Shown here piece by piece: positions 10,081-20,205 of a stretch of DNA of 39,188 nucleotides. The stretch lies in NCBI GenBank assembly GCA_012522705.1, contig JAAYJY010000176.1, positions 1-39,188 on the forward strand, written 5' to 3'. Source of the DNA: Syntrophomonadaceae bacterium (GTDB lineage: Bacteria > Bacillota > Syntrophomonadia > Syntrophomonadales > Syntrophomonadaceae). A program made the translations under genes and the position numbers. Positions within the stretch are counted from its first letter, which is position 1, and each line of letters opens with the position of its first letter. Under the pieces are notes generated by a model. It was not told the origin of the DNA. It made no database searches and saw only the letters and a program-made list of their open reading frames with translations.

Positions 10081-13000
10081 ATGATTAAGATAAATATCGA
10101 CGGCAGGGAAATAAATGGGCAGCCTGGGCAGACCATACTGCAGGCCGCCCGGGACCACAGCATCGACATCCCCACCCTGTGTTACGATGAACGACTCAAG
10201 ATTTTCGGCGGCTGCGGCATCTGCATGGTAGAGATCGAAGGGATGGCCAAATTGCAGCGGGCTTGCGCGACTGAGATCGCACCCGGCATGAAGATCGACA
10301 CTGCCAATGCCCGGGTTCGGACTGCCCGCAAAGCCGTCCTGGAACTAATGCTGTCCGACCATGTAGGGGATTGCCGGCCTCCCTGCGTTAAAGCCTGTCC
10401 GGGAGAAACCGACTGCCAGGGATACGTGGGCCTGATTGCCAATGGGGAATACCTGGAAGCCTTTAAGGTGATCAAGGAGCAATTGCCCCTGCCCACCAGC
10501 ATCGGCCTGGTGTGCCCCCACCCCTGCGAGACCGCCTGCCGGCGCCAACTGGTGGAGGCCCCGGTAGCCATCGCTGCCCTCAAGGTATTTGCCGGCGAAT
10601 TCGATCTATACAACGGCAATGCCTTCGTACCGGAGATAAAAGCCCCCACCGGCAAGAAGGTGGCCATCGTCGGTTCCGGCCCGGCCGGTTTGACCGCCGC
10701 CTACTTCCTGGCCGTGGAGGGGCATGAAACAACCGTATTTGAAGCCATGCCCCAGCCAGGGGGGATGCTGCGTTACGGCATCCCTGAATATCGCCTGCCC
10801 AAACGCATTTTAGACCAGGAGATCGATATCATCAGGTCCATGCGGGTGGTTATTAGAACCAATACCAGACTGGGTGAAGACATCAGGCTGGAAGAACTGC
10901 GGGAGACACACGATGCCGTCTTCTTGGGCATCGGGGCCTGGCGCTACTCCAAGATGAACTGCCCCGGCGAAGATCTGCCGGGGGTCATCGGCGGGATCGA
11001 CTTCCTGCGCGATGTGGCCCTGCACAAACCCGTAACCCTGGGTGATCGGGTAGCGGTGGTAGGCGGCGGCAATACGGCCATGGATGCCAGCCGGACCGCC
11101 GTCCGGCTGGGAGCCCAAGAAGTAATGGTACTCTACCGGCGCACCCGGGAAGAGATGCCGGCCGAGGATATGGAGATCCATGAAGCCATGGAGGAAGGAA
11201 TTGACTTCCGCTTCCTCATGGCTCCCATCGAGATAATGGCTGTCAATGGTAAAGCAGCCGCCATCCGCATGCAGAAGATGCAGCGGGGTGAACGGGATTC
11301 ATCCGGCCGCCGTTCCCCGGTGCCCATCGCAGGCGCCGAGGAGATTATCCAAATAGACAACGTGATTGCCGCCATCGGCCAGCAGGTGGACATGCCCGGC
11401 TGCGAAGGGGTTGCGCCCAGCAAATGGCACAGCATCGCTGTCGACGACCATACCTTCATGACCAACCTGCCCGGGGTGTTTGCCGGCGGGGACGGGGTGA
11501 CCGGTCCTGGTATCGCTGTAGCCGCTATGGGGCAGGGCAAGAAAGCTGCAGGCGTAATAGACAGCTACCTGGCGGGCGAGATTAAGCCCCTGCGTACCCC
11601 TTTCCTGGTAGAGAAGACTGTCAGCCGGGATGACTTCGCCGCCATCGAACCGGTAGAGCGGGTGGCCATAGAGCCGGTGGGCCCGACCCTGCGAAGCGCC
11701 AACTTCACCGAGGTAGCCGGGCGCATGACCGAGGCAGAGGCCCGTGAAGAAGGCAGCCGGTGCCTGGAATGCGGCTGCCGGGATTGGTTCGAATGCAAGT
11801 TGATTGCCTACGCCAACCAGTACGGAGCCCAGCCCGGGTACCTGCAGGGAGAGAAACACCGGCAGGTTGAACCAGACCCCCATCCCTTAATCGAAAGGGA
11901 TGCGGCCAAGTGTATATTGTGCGGACTATGTGTCCGCTTCTGTGACGAGTATATGGGCATAAATGCCCTGGGACTGGTGGAACGCGGTTTTGAGACTGTG
12001 GTGGAACCAGAGTTCGGCCTGCCCCTCCAGGACAGCTCCTGCATCAGCTGCGGGCAGTGTGTGGCGGTTTGCCCCACCGGGGCTTTGCTGGAACGTTACC
12101 CCCAGCCCAAGAATGTGCCGGTCAGGGCAGAACAGACCGCCACGGTGTGTTCCTTCTGCGGATTGGGCTGCCACGGGGCGGCGGAAAGCTGCGGGGATAT
12201 GATGATCAGAATGCTGCCCCGGGATAATGGGATACTATGTGCCAAGGGCCGGTTTGGTTTCGGCGAATACAGCCGCGATCGTTTGACCCGCCCCCTGGTA
12301 AGAAGAGATGGTGGGCTGCAGGAGAGCAGTTGGGAAGGAGCCCTGGCCGCCGCCGCCGAGGGTTTGAAAAAGACTGGTTCCAGAGAGAATGCCATCGCCG
12401 CCTCACCCTCCCTGACCTGTGAGGAAGCGGTCCTGGCCGCATTTTTGGGCCGCAGCCTGGGTGAGTCGTGCCTGGCCAGCTTCAGCAATGACCCGGGACG
12501 CGGTTTGCAGGCGGTGTTGGGCAGAAATATTTCCACCAACCGCCTGGACGAGATGGAATTGACCGACGTAATCATGTTGGTAGGGTCATTCAATGAGAAC
12601 CAGGTGCTGCCAGTCAAGGTGCGCCAAGCGGTGAAAAGGGGGGTCAAACTGATCGTGGTCAGTGATGAGGCAACACTGGTGGATGATATCGCTGCCCTGA
12701 AAATAACTCCCACCGGCAATGAGTTAATAACCCAGATGGCAGCCGCCATTATTGCCGGAGGTTGGATCGATCAAGACTTCATCGATGAATTCACGGTCGG
12801 ATATGATCAGTTGCACCAGCAGCTGGCAGCGGTTACCCCCACGGACGATGCCCGGGAAGTGGCCCGAATGTATGGGCAGGCCCGCCGGGCTATGATAATT
12901 GCCGATGGTTTCAGGATAACCGCAGCCGGGGTCACCTGGCTGGCGGACCTAGCCCTGATTACCGGAAAAATTGGCACATCCGGTAATGGCATAATTATTA

Positions 13001-13569
13001 TAACGCCGGGAGGCAACCGGATCGGGACCGGTCAGGCGGGTTTTGCTGAAGACGGTTGCGAAGTGATAAAATCCATCCGATCGGGTGAGACCAACCGGGT
13101 GGTTATAATTGGAGAGGATCCCGTCGGAGCCGGGGTAATGAGGGCTGAAGACCTGGACGGACTAGATATGCTGGTGGTGTTGAGTCCATCCCTGACTGCC
13201 ACTGCCGCCAGGGCTGATGTGGTATTGCCGTCGTCAACCCCCCTGGAGACAACCGGGACCTAGATTAGTGCCGACGGAAGATTGGCGGAACTGAAAAGGG
13301 TGGCCCAGCCTCCGGCCGGCCGGGATATGGAAGCAATCCTTTTAGAATTGATCGCCAGACTGGACCCGACGGTTTCGAATGTGCAAGTGGAACAGGCCAG
13401 GGCTGAGGTTATATCGGATGAAATATGGACCCAACCGGTTAAATTCAGCGGCGGCTTCGCATTCGAGGATGGCCGGGCCAGACTGGTGGTTCCCAGCGGG
13501 GAAGGGCTGTTGGCACCTGCTAGAGAGACCGACCCGGCTCTGGTTGGTTTCCGAAAATATAGGATATAG
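10081..13569 (+). CDS. Large FAD/NADPH oxidoreductase subunit: NuoG-like Fe-S + GltD/NfnB-like + Mo-less Fdh-like domain (StnC-like), with in-frame TAG at 13261-13263
   Basis: ORFs 10081-13263 and 13282-13569 are in the same frame. Read across the TAG: 'ADVVLPSSTPLETTGT*ISADGRL', the conserved molybdopterin-oxidoreductase motif. GSGPAG, GGGNTAMD and YRR motifs present. 1162 aa if read through. Confidence 0.85.
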
Positions 13570-13597
13570 TCTTAAATCCAGTGAGGCGGATCAAGTT

Positions 13598-15379
13598 ATG
13601 AAGGACCGGCTGAAAAACGTTCCCCTGCAGCCAGGGGTATACTTATATCGGGACAAGGAAGGCCGAGTGATATACGTAGGCAAAGCTCGGGTGTTGCGCA
13701 GCCGTATGCGCTCCTATTTCCAGAGCCCGGCAGGCATGGATCCCAAAGTGCGGGCGATGATGGCCAAGGTGGGCGATTTTGACTATATAGTTACCGGAAC
13801 CGAAGTGGAGGCCCTGATCATGGAAAGCAATCTGATCAAGGCCTATCAGCCTCGTTATAATATTGACCTGAGAGACGACAAGAGCTATCCCTACCTCAAA
13901 ATCACCGCCGAGAAATTTCCCCGTCTCTGTATTGTGCGTGAAAAGAAGGACAAGGTTTCCCGGTACTATGGACCTTATGCCGAGGTTGGACTGTTGCGGG
14001 AGACGGTCAAGGTTATAACGGGGATTTTTCCCTTGCGCACCTGCAAGAGCATGAATAACCGCCGACCTTGTCTCAACCACGATCTGGGCAAGTGCCTGGC
14101 CCCCTGCAGTGGAGAAGTAGAAACAGAGGAATACCAACGCCTGGTCGACGGAATCGTTTCCTTTCTGGACGGTAATGGACAGCAGTTGACCGAGCAGATC
14201 GCTGCCGAAATGCAAGAGGCGGCTGCCAACCTGGAGTTTGAAAAGGCAGCCCGACTCCGGGACCAAGCCAGCGCTTTGAAGGTATTGACGGAGAAACAAA
14301 AGGTGTGTACAGATCAGTCCTATGATATGGACATCGTAGGGATGATCGGCGGGGAACAACACAAGTTGACTCTGGTGTTCAAGCTCCGGGCTGGGAAGAT
14401 TGTGGCCAAAGAGACATTCTGGCTCAAGCGGGTAATTGATGAAGCTGATGATGAGGTTGTGGAGTTTTTTATCAAACAGTATTATGCCGACAACCAGGAT
14501 ATACCTGCGGAGATATTGGTCAGCCTGCTTCCTCCCGATACTGGATTGATGCAGACTTGGTTGAAAGAGGTGCACGGGTCACGCTGCCGGATCTGGAAGC
14601 CGGAACGAGGCGAAAAACATGGCTTATTGGAGATGGTTATGGAAAACGCTCGCCTCTTGTGGGAAGAGAGAATGCTGGACGATAGCCGGAACCAGCGAAT
14701 CCTCCAGGAGTTGGCCCACACCTTGGACCTGGAGGCAGTTCCCCAAAGGATCGAGTGCTTTGACGTTTCCCATCTGGGAGGGCGGGAAACCGTGGCATCG
14801 ATGGTGGTGGCCACCTTGGGCAGGCCCGACAAAAAAGCGTACCGGCGCTTCAAGATCAAAACCGAACAGAACAACGACACTGCATCCTTGAGTGAGGCTC
14901 TGCGCCGTCGCTTGGAGGAAGCCTGCAAGGGCAACCCGGCATTTCTGCCCGAGCCGGATCTGTTGTTAATCGACGGTGGATTGGGGCAGGTTAATGCGGC
15001 TCGCTTGGTCCTGGAGGACCTGGGGGTAGAAATCCCGGTATTGGGACTGGCCAAGAGGGAGGAGGCCCTTTACTGGCCCGGCCGCCGTGATCCGTTGCGC
15101 CTGCCGCGCCGCCATGAGGGGCTGCAGATGTTGCAGCGATTACGTGATGAAGCCCATCGGTTTGCAGTCCAATACAACCGCCAGCGGCGGGGAAGCCAGA
15201 CCATCCGTTCGGCGTTGGATGATATCGAAGGGGTAGGTCCGAAACGCCGACAGGCGCTTTTGCTGCACTTCGGCTCAGTGGCTAGGATCAAGACCGCCAG
15301 CCGGGAGGAGTTGGGTCAAGTACCGGGGGTGAACAAACCGATCGCCGAGCGGATATACACCCATTTCCATCAGTCTTGA
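13598..15379 (+). CDS. uvrC: Excinuclease ABC subunit C
   Basis: GIY-YIG (GVYLY..IYVGKA), UVR domain, RIECFDVSH, DGGLGQ, HhH. ATG 13598 follows GAGG. Confidence 0.97.
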   Translation: MKDRLKNVPLQPGVYLYRDKEGRVIYVGKARVLRSRMRSYFQSPAGMDPKVRAMMAKVGDFDYIVTGTEVEALIMESNLIKAYQPRYNIDLRDDKSYPYLKITAEKFPRLCIVREKKDKVSRYYGPYAEVGLLRETVKVITGIFPLRTCKSMNNRRPCLNHDLGKCLAPCSGEVETEEYQRLVDGIVSFLDGNGQQLTEQIAAEMQEAAANLEFEKAARLRDQASALKVLTEKQKVCTDQSYDMDIVGMIGGEQHKLTLVFKLRAGKIVAKETFWLKRVIDEADDEVVEFFIKQYYADNQDIPAEILVSLLPPDTGLMQTWLKEVHGSRCRIWKPERGEKHGLLEMVMENARLLWEERMLDDSRNQRILQELAHTLDLEAVPQRIECFDVSHLGGRETVASMVVATLGRPDKKAYRRFKIKTEQNNDTASLSEALRRRLEEACKGNPAFLPEPDLLLIDGGLGQVNAARLVLEDLGVEIPVLGLAKREEALYWPGRRDPLRLPRRHEGLQMLQRLRDEAHRFAVQYNRQRRGSQTIRSALDDIEGVGPKRRQALLLHFGSVARIKTASREELGQVPGVNKPIAERIYTHFHQS

Positions 15380-15560
15380 CCGTGAAGCTTGGAAAAAGTG
15401 GCTCTTTTTATGGGTAAATGTCGGGAAAAATATTATTTCCCGGGAAATAATATCGAAATCGGCTTGAAATTAATAGGCATTTTTGGCGTAATTGCTTATG
15501 ATAAGACTAAGCCCATAGCAGGAAACAAATATTTAACATCAAGGAAAGGAGCGGGTGGCG

Positions 15561-15920
15561 ATGCCAGGTTGGGTTTTACGGTGGATTCTGAACATTCTAG
15601 CGATAATTGTGACAGCAGCCCTTTTAACCGGGTTTGAGGTCAGTGTATGGGGGGCTATTGTAGGATCTCTTGTGCTGGGCCTATTCAATGCGATCATCAG
15701 GCCGGTGCTGCTAATATTGACCTTGCCCCTGAACATTGTTACCCTAGGCTTGTTTACCTTCGTGATAAATGGTCTGATGTTATGGTTGACCTCGGTCACG
15801 GTTAAGGGGTTTGATATACATGGATTTGGCTGGGCGATTCTGAGCGCTGCCGTCTTAAGCTTGTTCAGCTTTGTAATCAGCTATTTTGTTGAGGATAGGT
15901 ACATCGAACTAGGCAGATAA
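15561..15920 (+). CDS. YvlD-like 4-TM membrane protein (phage holin superfamily IV)
   Basis: 'NAIIRPVLLILTLPLNIVTLGLFTFVING' signature; usual position after uvr genes; AGGAG RBS. Confidence 0.88.
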   Translation: MPGWVLRWILNILAIIVTAALLTGFEVSVWGAIVGSLVLGLFNAIIRPVLLILTLPLNIVTLGLFTFVINGLMLWLTSVTVKGFDIHGFGWAILSAAVLSLFSFVISYFVEDRYIELGR

Positions 15921-15939
15921 AAGTGAAGGGAAAAGAGCA

Positions 15940-15966
15940 AAGCCGGGCTGTTTAGCCCGGCTTCTT
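15940..15966 (+). terminator. Hairpin / possible terminator after the yvlD-like gene
   Basis: AAGCCGGGCT-GTTT-AGCCCGGCTT perfect 10-bp stem; weak U-tail. Confidence 0.5.
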
Positions 15967-15983
15967 GATGAGGGGAGAGGAAT

Positions 15984-17105
15984 ATGGCAGTTGTCGTTTG
16001 GTTCAGCAACCTAAGGACCGGAAGTACCAGTCTGCTGGACAAGGTAACCAGACTGCTGAAGAATGCCGGTTTGAAAAGGGCGGTTGCGCCGGGGGATCTG
16101 GTGGCGGTGAAACTGCATTTTGGTGAGACCGGCAATATGGCTTACATCAGGCCGCCGTTCGTACGCCGGGCGGTTGATATGGTCAAGGATTATGGCGGAC
16201 GTCCTTTCCTAACCGACGCCAACACCCTTTATGTGGGGACCAGGCAAAACTCAGTGGAACACATGGAGACTGCCATTCGTAATGGGTTTGATTATGCAGT
16301 GGTGGGAGCGCCGCTCATAATCGCTGACGGTTTGACCGGCAAGGACTATGTCAAAGTGCCTGTACCGGGTAAACACTTCAGGGAGGTTAACATCGGCAGC
16401 GCTGCCTATCATGCTGATGCCATGGTGGTCATGAGCCATTTTAAGTGCCATGAACTTACTGGTTTTGGCGGAGCCATAAAGAATATTGGTATGGGCCTGG
16501 GATCCCGCAGCGGTAAGCAGCAGATGCACTCGGACGTCTTGCCTGAAGTAAAAGATGAAAAGTGCACTGGCTGTGCCAAATGTAAAGAATGGTGCCCGGC
16601 CGATGCCATTGAAATGCAGCCCTGGGAAGGGAATAAAAAGGGACTGAAGGCATATATTCTCGATAAGAAGTGTTGGGGGTGCGGCGAGTGCGCTGTAACC
16701 TGCCAGTTCGATGCGGTCAGGATCAACTGGCGTACCACTCCCGAAGCGGCTCAGGAAAAGATGGCCGAGTATGCATTGGGCGCCGTTCAAGGCAAGACCG
16801 AAAAAGTTGTTTATATCTCCTTTGTGATGAATGTAAGCCCCGACTGCGATTGCTTTGGTCACAATGATCACCCCATCGTCCAGGATATCGGCATCCTCGC
16901 ATCATTGGATCCGGTGGCGCTTGATACTGCTTGCTACGATCTGGTCAACTCCCAGCCGGCTCTGATCGGCTCGGTTATAGAAGGTTGCCATACAGGGGAA
17001 GATAAGTTCCAGATGGTTCATCCCGGAATAAATCCCCTCACTCAGCTTGAACATTCCGAGAAGATTGGATTGGGGATGATGCAGTACGAGCTCAGGCAGA
17101 TTTAA
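15984..17105 (+). CDS. DUF362 domain protein with 2x[4Fe-4S]
   Basis: VAVKLHFGE, HFKCH, GGAIKNIGMG, CTGCAKCKEWCP / CWGCGECAVTC, SPDCDC, DPVALD. Confidence 0.88.
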   Translation: MAVVVWFSNLRTGSTSLLDKVTRLLKNAGLKRAVAPGDLVAVKLHFGETGNMAYIRPPFVRRAVDMVKDYGGRPFLTDANTLYVGTRQNSVEHMETAIRNGFDYAVVGAPLIIADGLTGKDYVKVPVPGKHFREVNIGSAAYHADAMVVMSHFKCHELTGFGGAIKNIGMGLGSRSGKQQMHSDVLPEVKDEKCTGCAKCKEWCPADAIEMQPWEGNKKGLKAYILDKKCWGCGECAVTCQFDAVRINWRTTPEAAQEKMAEYALGAVQGKTEKVVYISFVMNVSPDCDCFGHNDHPIVQDIGILASLDPVALDTACYDLVNSQPALIGSVIEGCHTGEDKFQMVHPGINPLTQLEHSEKIGLGMMQYELRQI

Positions 17106-17233
17106 TATTGCCCGCGCAGGGCGTGGATAAAAGGGGCAGGCTGGGGATGTAAAGATATCCAGGCTCATCCTGTGCTTTCCGATCCTTGGCGCGGGCTTGG
17201 CAGTTCACAGCAATGGAAAGGTGGTGCCTTAAC

Positions 17234-18256
17234 ATGACTAAAGAGAAGATGGCTTCTTACTTGTGGGGTTTGCCGGAACAGTTTGCAGCCATTCTCCCGC
17301 AGGGCGTCCAACTACCGCCAAGTTATAAACGGGAATATCGCCACATATTGGTGTCGGGTCTGGGCGGTTCAGCCATTGGCGGCGACGTACTGCGCACCTA
17401 TGCTCAGACTCAGGCTGCGATTCCAGTAGTGGTCAATCGGGATTACGACCTCCCCGCCTTTATCGGTGATCAGAGCCTGGTTCTGGTTGTCAGCTATTCA
17501 GGGAACACTGAGGAGACCCTTGGTGCCTACCGCCAGGCACGTGAAAAGGGAGCGACTCTAATAGTTGTCACCAGCGGCGGCAAACTTGCCGATTGGGCCC
17601 GTGACGATAACGTTGCAGTGGTCATCATCCCGGGAGGATTATCACCCCGGGCGGCTACCGGCTATCTGTTTACTCCGTTGGCCTTGATTCTCCAGGATCT
17701 GGGCATAATGAAGGGGGCAGAGGAGGATATTAAGGAGGTGATCGAGGTTCTGCAGGCTATGCGGCAGGCCATCGGTCCCGATACCCCTTGGGAAGGAAAT
17801 ACAGCCCGGCAGATAGCCCGGGACTTAAAGGGACGCCTACCATTGATTTGGGGCAGTACCGGGCATTCCGAAATTGCTGCCTTGCGCTGGAAGACCCAGA
17901 TCAATGAGAATGCCAAATGTCCGGTATTTTACAATCTCTTCCCGGAACTGAATCATAACGAAATAGTGGGGTTTGAAGTCCCGGAGGAAATCCTATCCTA
18001 TATAGTAGTAGTAATGCTGCGTGATCCCGAAGATCATATCCAGGTTAAGAAGCGTATGGATATCAGCAAGCAGATAATTCAGGATAAGGTGGCAAAAATA
18101 GTGGAGGTAGATAGCCAAGGCCAAGGGTTTCTGGCCCGGTTTTATTCACTGGCTTACCTGGGCGATTACGTAAGCTTCTACCTGGCCGAAGAGTATGGCA
18201 TTAATCCCACCCCGGTTGCGAGTATAGACTTTTTGAAGAGTGAATTGAACCGGTGA
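17234..18256 (+). CDS. Bifunctional phosphoglucose/phosphomannose isomerase (SIS fold)
   Basis: GLGGSAIGG, SYSGNTEET, RWKTQINENAK, PELNHNEI. Probable ATG 17234 after AAAGGTGG. Confidence 0.93.
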   Translation: MTKEKMASYLWGLPEQFAAILPQGVQLPPSYKREYRHILVSGLGGSAIGGDVLRTYAQTQAAIPVVVNRDYDLPAFIGDQSLVLVVSYSGNTEETLGAYRQAREKGATLIVVTSGGKLADWARDDNVAVVIIPGGLSPRAATGYLFTPLALILQDLGIMKGAEEDIKEVIEVLQAMRQAIGPDTPWEGNTARQIARDLKGRLPLIWGSTGHSEIAALRWKTQINENAKCPVFYNLFPELNHNEIVGFEVPEEILSYIVVVMLRDPEDHIQVKKRMDISKQIIQDKVAKIVEVDSQGQGFLARFYSLAYLGDYVSFYLAEEYGINPTPVASIDFLKSELNR

Positions 18257-18292
18257 TTCGCCGGGGAAAGGGCATATTATCTTAAATGTATC

Positions 18293-18301
18293 TGCTATAA
18301 T
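18293..18301 (+). promoter_or_regulatory. Extended -10 promoter element for rapZ-whiA-rpoN
   Basis: TGCTATAAT (TGn-TATAAT) in the AT-rich intergenic region. Confidence 0.55.
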
Positions 18302-18371
18302 ATAGGTTAGCGGTGGTTTCTTATAATAAACCGAGGGCGGCGTGACTCACAGGGAAGGGAGGGCACGGGCA

Positions 18372-19259
18372 GTGAATGAAGACAATCAAGAGCTGCATGT
18401 AGTAATAATAACCGGGCTATCCGGAGCTGGGAAGACCCAAACGATCAATTGCCTGGAGGACATGGATTACTATTGTGTGGACAATATGCCCCCGGCTCTG
18501 CTGAGAAAGTTCATCGAACTTAGTATGCAATCGGAAGGTAAGATCGATAAAGTTGCCCTGGTCATCGATGTTCGCGGCGGGGATTTCTTCCACAACCTTT
18601 CCCAGGCCTTAAATGAGCTGGAAGAAAGCCAAATAGCCTATGAAATACTATTCCTGGAAGCATCCGATGAGGTATTGGTAAGAAGGTTCAAGGAATCACG
18701 CCGGCGCCATCCCCTGGCGCCCCAGGACCGCCTGCTGGATGCCATTCGCATGGAACGTAATATATTGGAGGAACTCCGCGGCCGGGCCAACGTCATCTTG
18801 GATACTTCGGACACCACACCCCGAGTGCTCAAAGAAAAGCTTAATGATCTATACAGTGAGCGAGAAACCGGTAATTTTGCCATCCATGTAGTTTCCTTTG
18901 GCTACAAAATGGGCATTCCGCTGGATTGTGACATCATGATGGACGTCAGGTTCCTTCCCAACCCGTTTTATGACCCTGCGATGACTACCCAGACCGGTAT
19001 GGATGATGAGGTGGTCGACTATGTAATGCAATCGCCCATAACTAAATCATTTGTACGGCGATATATGAATATTCTAAAGTTTTTGATACCTCACTATATT
19101 CAGGAGGGCAAGACCAACCTTGCTATTTCTATCGGTTGTACCGGGGGACAACACCGTTCGGTGGTTTTGGCCAACTATCTAGGTAACCAACTGACCAAAC
19201 TGGGCTACGATGTCATGGTTCGGCACAGGGATTTGGCACGTTACAAGAAGGATGCCTGA
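18372..19259 (+). CDS. rapZ: RNase adapter RapZ / YvcJ family P-loop protein
   Basis: ITGLSGAGKT, CVDNMP, DVRG, SFGYK, DVRFLPNP, GCTGGQHRSV. GTG 18372 follows a GGAGG-like RBS. Confidence 0.95.
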   Translation: MNEDNQELHVVIITGLSGAGKTQTINCLEDMDYYCVDNMPPALLRKFIELSMQSEGKIDKVALVIDVRGGDFFHNLSQALNELEESQIAYEILFLEASDEVLVRRFKESRRRHPLAPQDRLLDAIRMERNILEELRGRANVILDTSDTTPRVLKEKLNDLYSERETGNFAIHVVSFGYKMGIPLDCDIMMDVRFLPNPFYDPAMTTQTGMDDEVVDYVMQSPITKSFVRRYMNILKFLIPHYIQEGKTNLAISIGCTGGQHRSVVLANYLGNQLTKLGYDVMVRHRDLARYKKDA

Positions 19260-20197
19260 TGAGTTTTTCCCATGATGCTCGGAATGAAATAGCCCGGATA
19301 ATACCGGAGAAGAGATGTTGCCAGATAGCTGAGCTTTCTGCCCTGGTAGGAATGCGGGCCGATATCAGCCCTAACCGAGATGGCGTACTGACACTTTACA
19401 CTACCATGGAGAATGCAGCCCAGGCGCGCAAGGCTTATACCCTGCTGAAAGACACCTTCGGACTGTCTTCAACGGTCCACATCCTGCAAAAGAAACGGTT
19501 CAAGAAATCCCGGATATATCGGGTAGAAACCCCACTTGACAGCGCCGAGGGATCTGTTCTTCTGCAGGAACTGGGGCAGTTGGGGTCCGAGATCAAACGG
19601 CAGGTGCACTGGAAGGCGATAAGAAAGAACTGCTGCAAACGTGCATTTTTACGGGGGGTGTTTACCAGCAGCGGCTTCGTCAACAGACCCGAGGGTAATT
19701 ACCACCTGGAAATTGTATTCAATGATTCACGGATGGCCGCTGATGTGTTGAAGGTCATGAATAAACTGGATTTGGATGCGCGGTTGACCGAGCGCAAGAA
19801 CAATCTGCTGATATACATTAAGGAAAGCGAAAGGATTGTAGATTTTCTCCGATTAGTAGAGGCTAGCAATGCCCTTCTCGATTTTGAGAATGTAAGGATT
19901 ATCAAATCCATGCGCAACCAGGTGAACCGGCAGGTAAACTGCGAGACCGCCAACCTGGGAAAGACCATTGACGCTTCAGTCCGTCAGGTCGAGATGATTA
20001 AGAGAATTGTGGCCAGAGTAGGGGTCAAAGGCATTTCCCCCCATTTACGGGAATTGGCAATGCTGCGACTGGATCACCCCGACAGTTCCCTCAAAGAACT
20101 AGGCTTGATGCTGGATCCCCCCCTCACCAAATCTGGAGTCGCCTACCGTATGGCCAAGTTGGAGAAGGTCTCCGACACCATCGATCAATTAGAATGA
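19259..20197 (+). CDS. whiA: DNA-binding protein WhiA
   Basis: AFLRGVF, YHLEI, NRQVNCETANL and SLKELG..TKSGV motifs. Confidence 0.95.
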   Translation: MSFSHDARNEIARIIPEKRCCQIAELSALVGMRADISPNRDGVLTLYTTMENAAQARKAYTLLKDTFGLSSTVHILQKKRFKKSRIYRVETPLDSAEGSVLLQELGQLGSEIKRQVHWKAIRKNCCKRAFLRGVFTSSGFVNRPEGNYHLEIVFNDSRMAADVLKVMNKLDLDARLTERKNNLLIYIKESERIVDFLRLVEASNALLDFENVRIIKSMRNQVNRQVNCETANLGKTIDASVRQVEMIKRIVARVGVKGISPHLRELAMLRLDHPDSSLKELGLMLDPPLTKSGVAYRMAKLEKVSDTIDQLE

Positions 20198-20205
20198 GGT
20201 AATGT

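Noticed and set aside
8326..10158. 610-aa ORF on the minus strand
   Set aside because: Exact antisense shadow of the NuoF-like gene, explained by its strong C/G-ending codon bias; no recognisable motifs.
13282..13569. 95-aa ORF as an independent gene
   Set aside because: No convincing RBS. It is the in-frame C-terminal continuation of the StnC-like protein beyond the TAG.
10081..13569. Selenocysteine-containing formate dehydrogenase or [FeFe]-hydrogenase
   Set aside because: The in-frame stop is TAG, not TGA, and is not at the active-site position. No Mo-ligand Cys/Sec motif and no H-cluster motifs are present.
13379..13597. 73-aa N-terminal extension of UvrC in the ORF track
   Set aside because: Overlaps the StnC-like tail. 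UvrC homology and an RBS begin at ATG 13598.
15561..15920. Prophage inferred from the holin-family gene
   Set aside because: YvlD-type proteins are chromosomal core genes at this locus, and no phage genes are adjacent.
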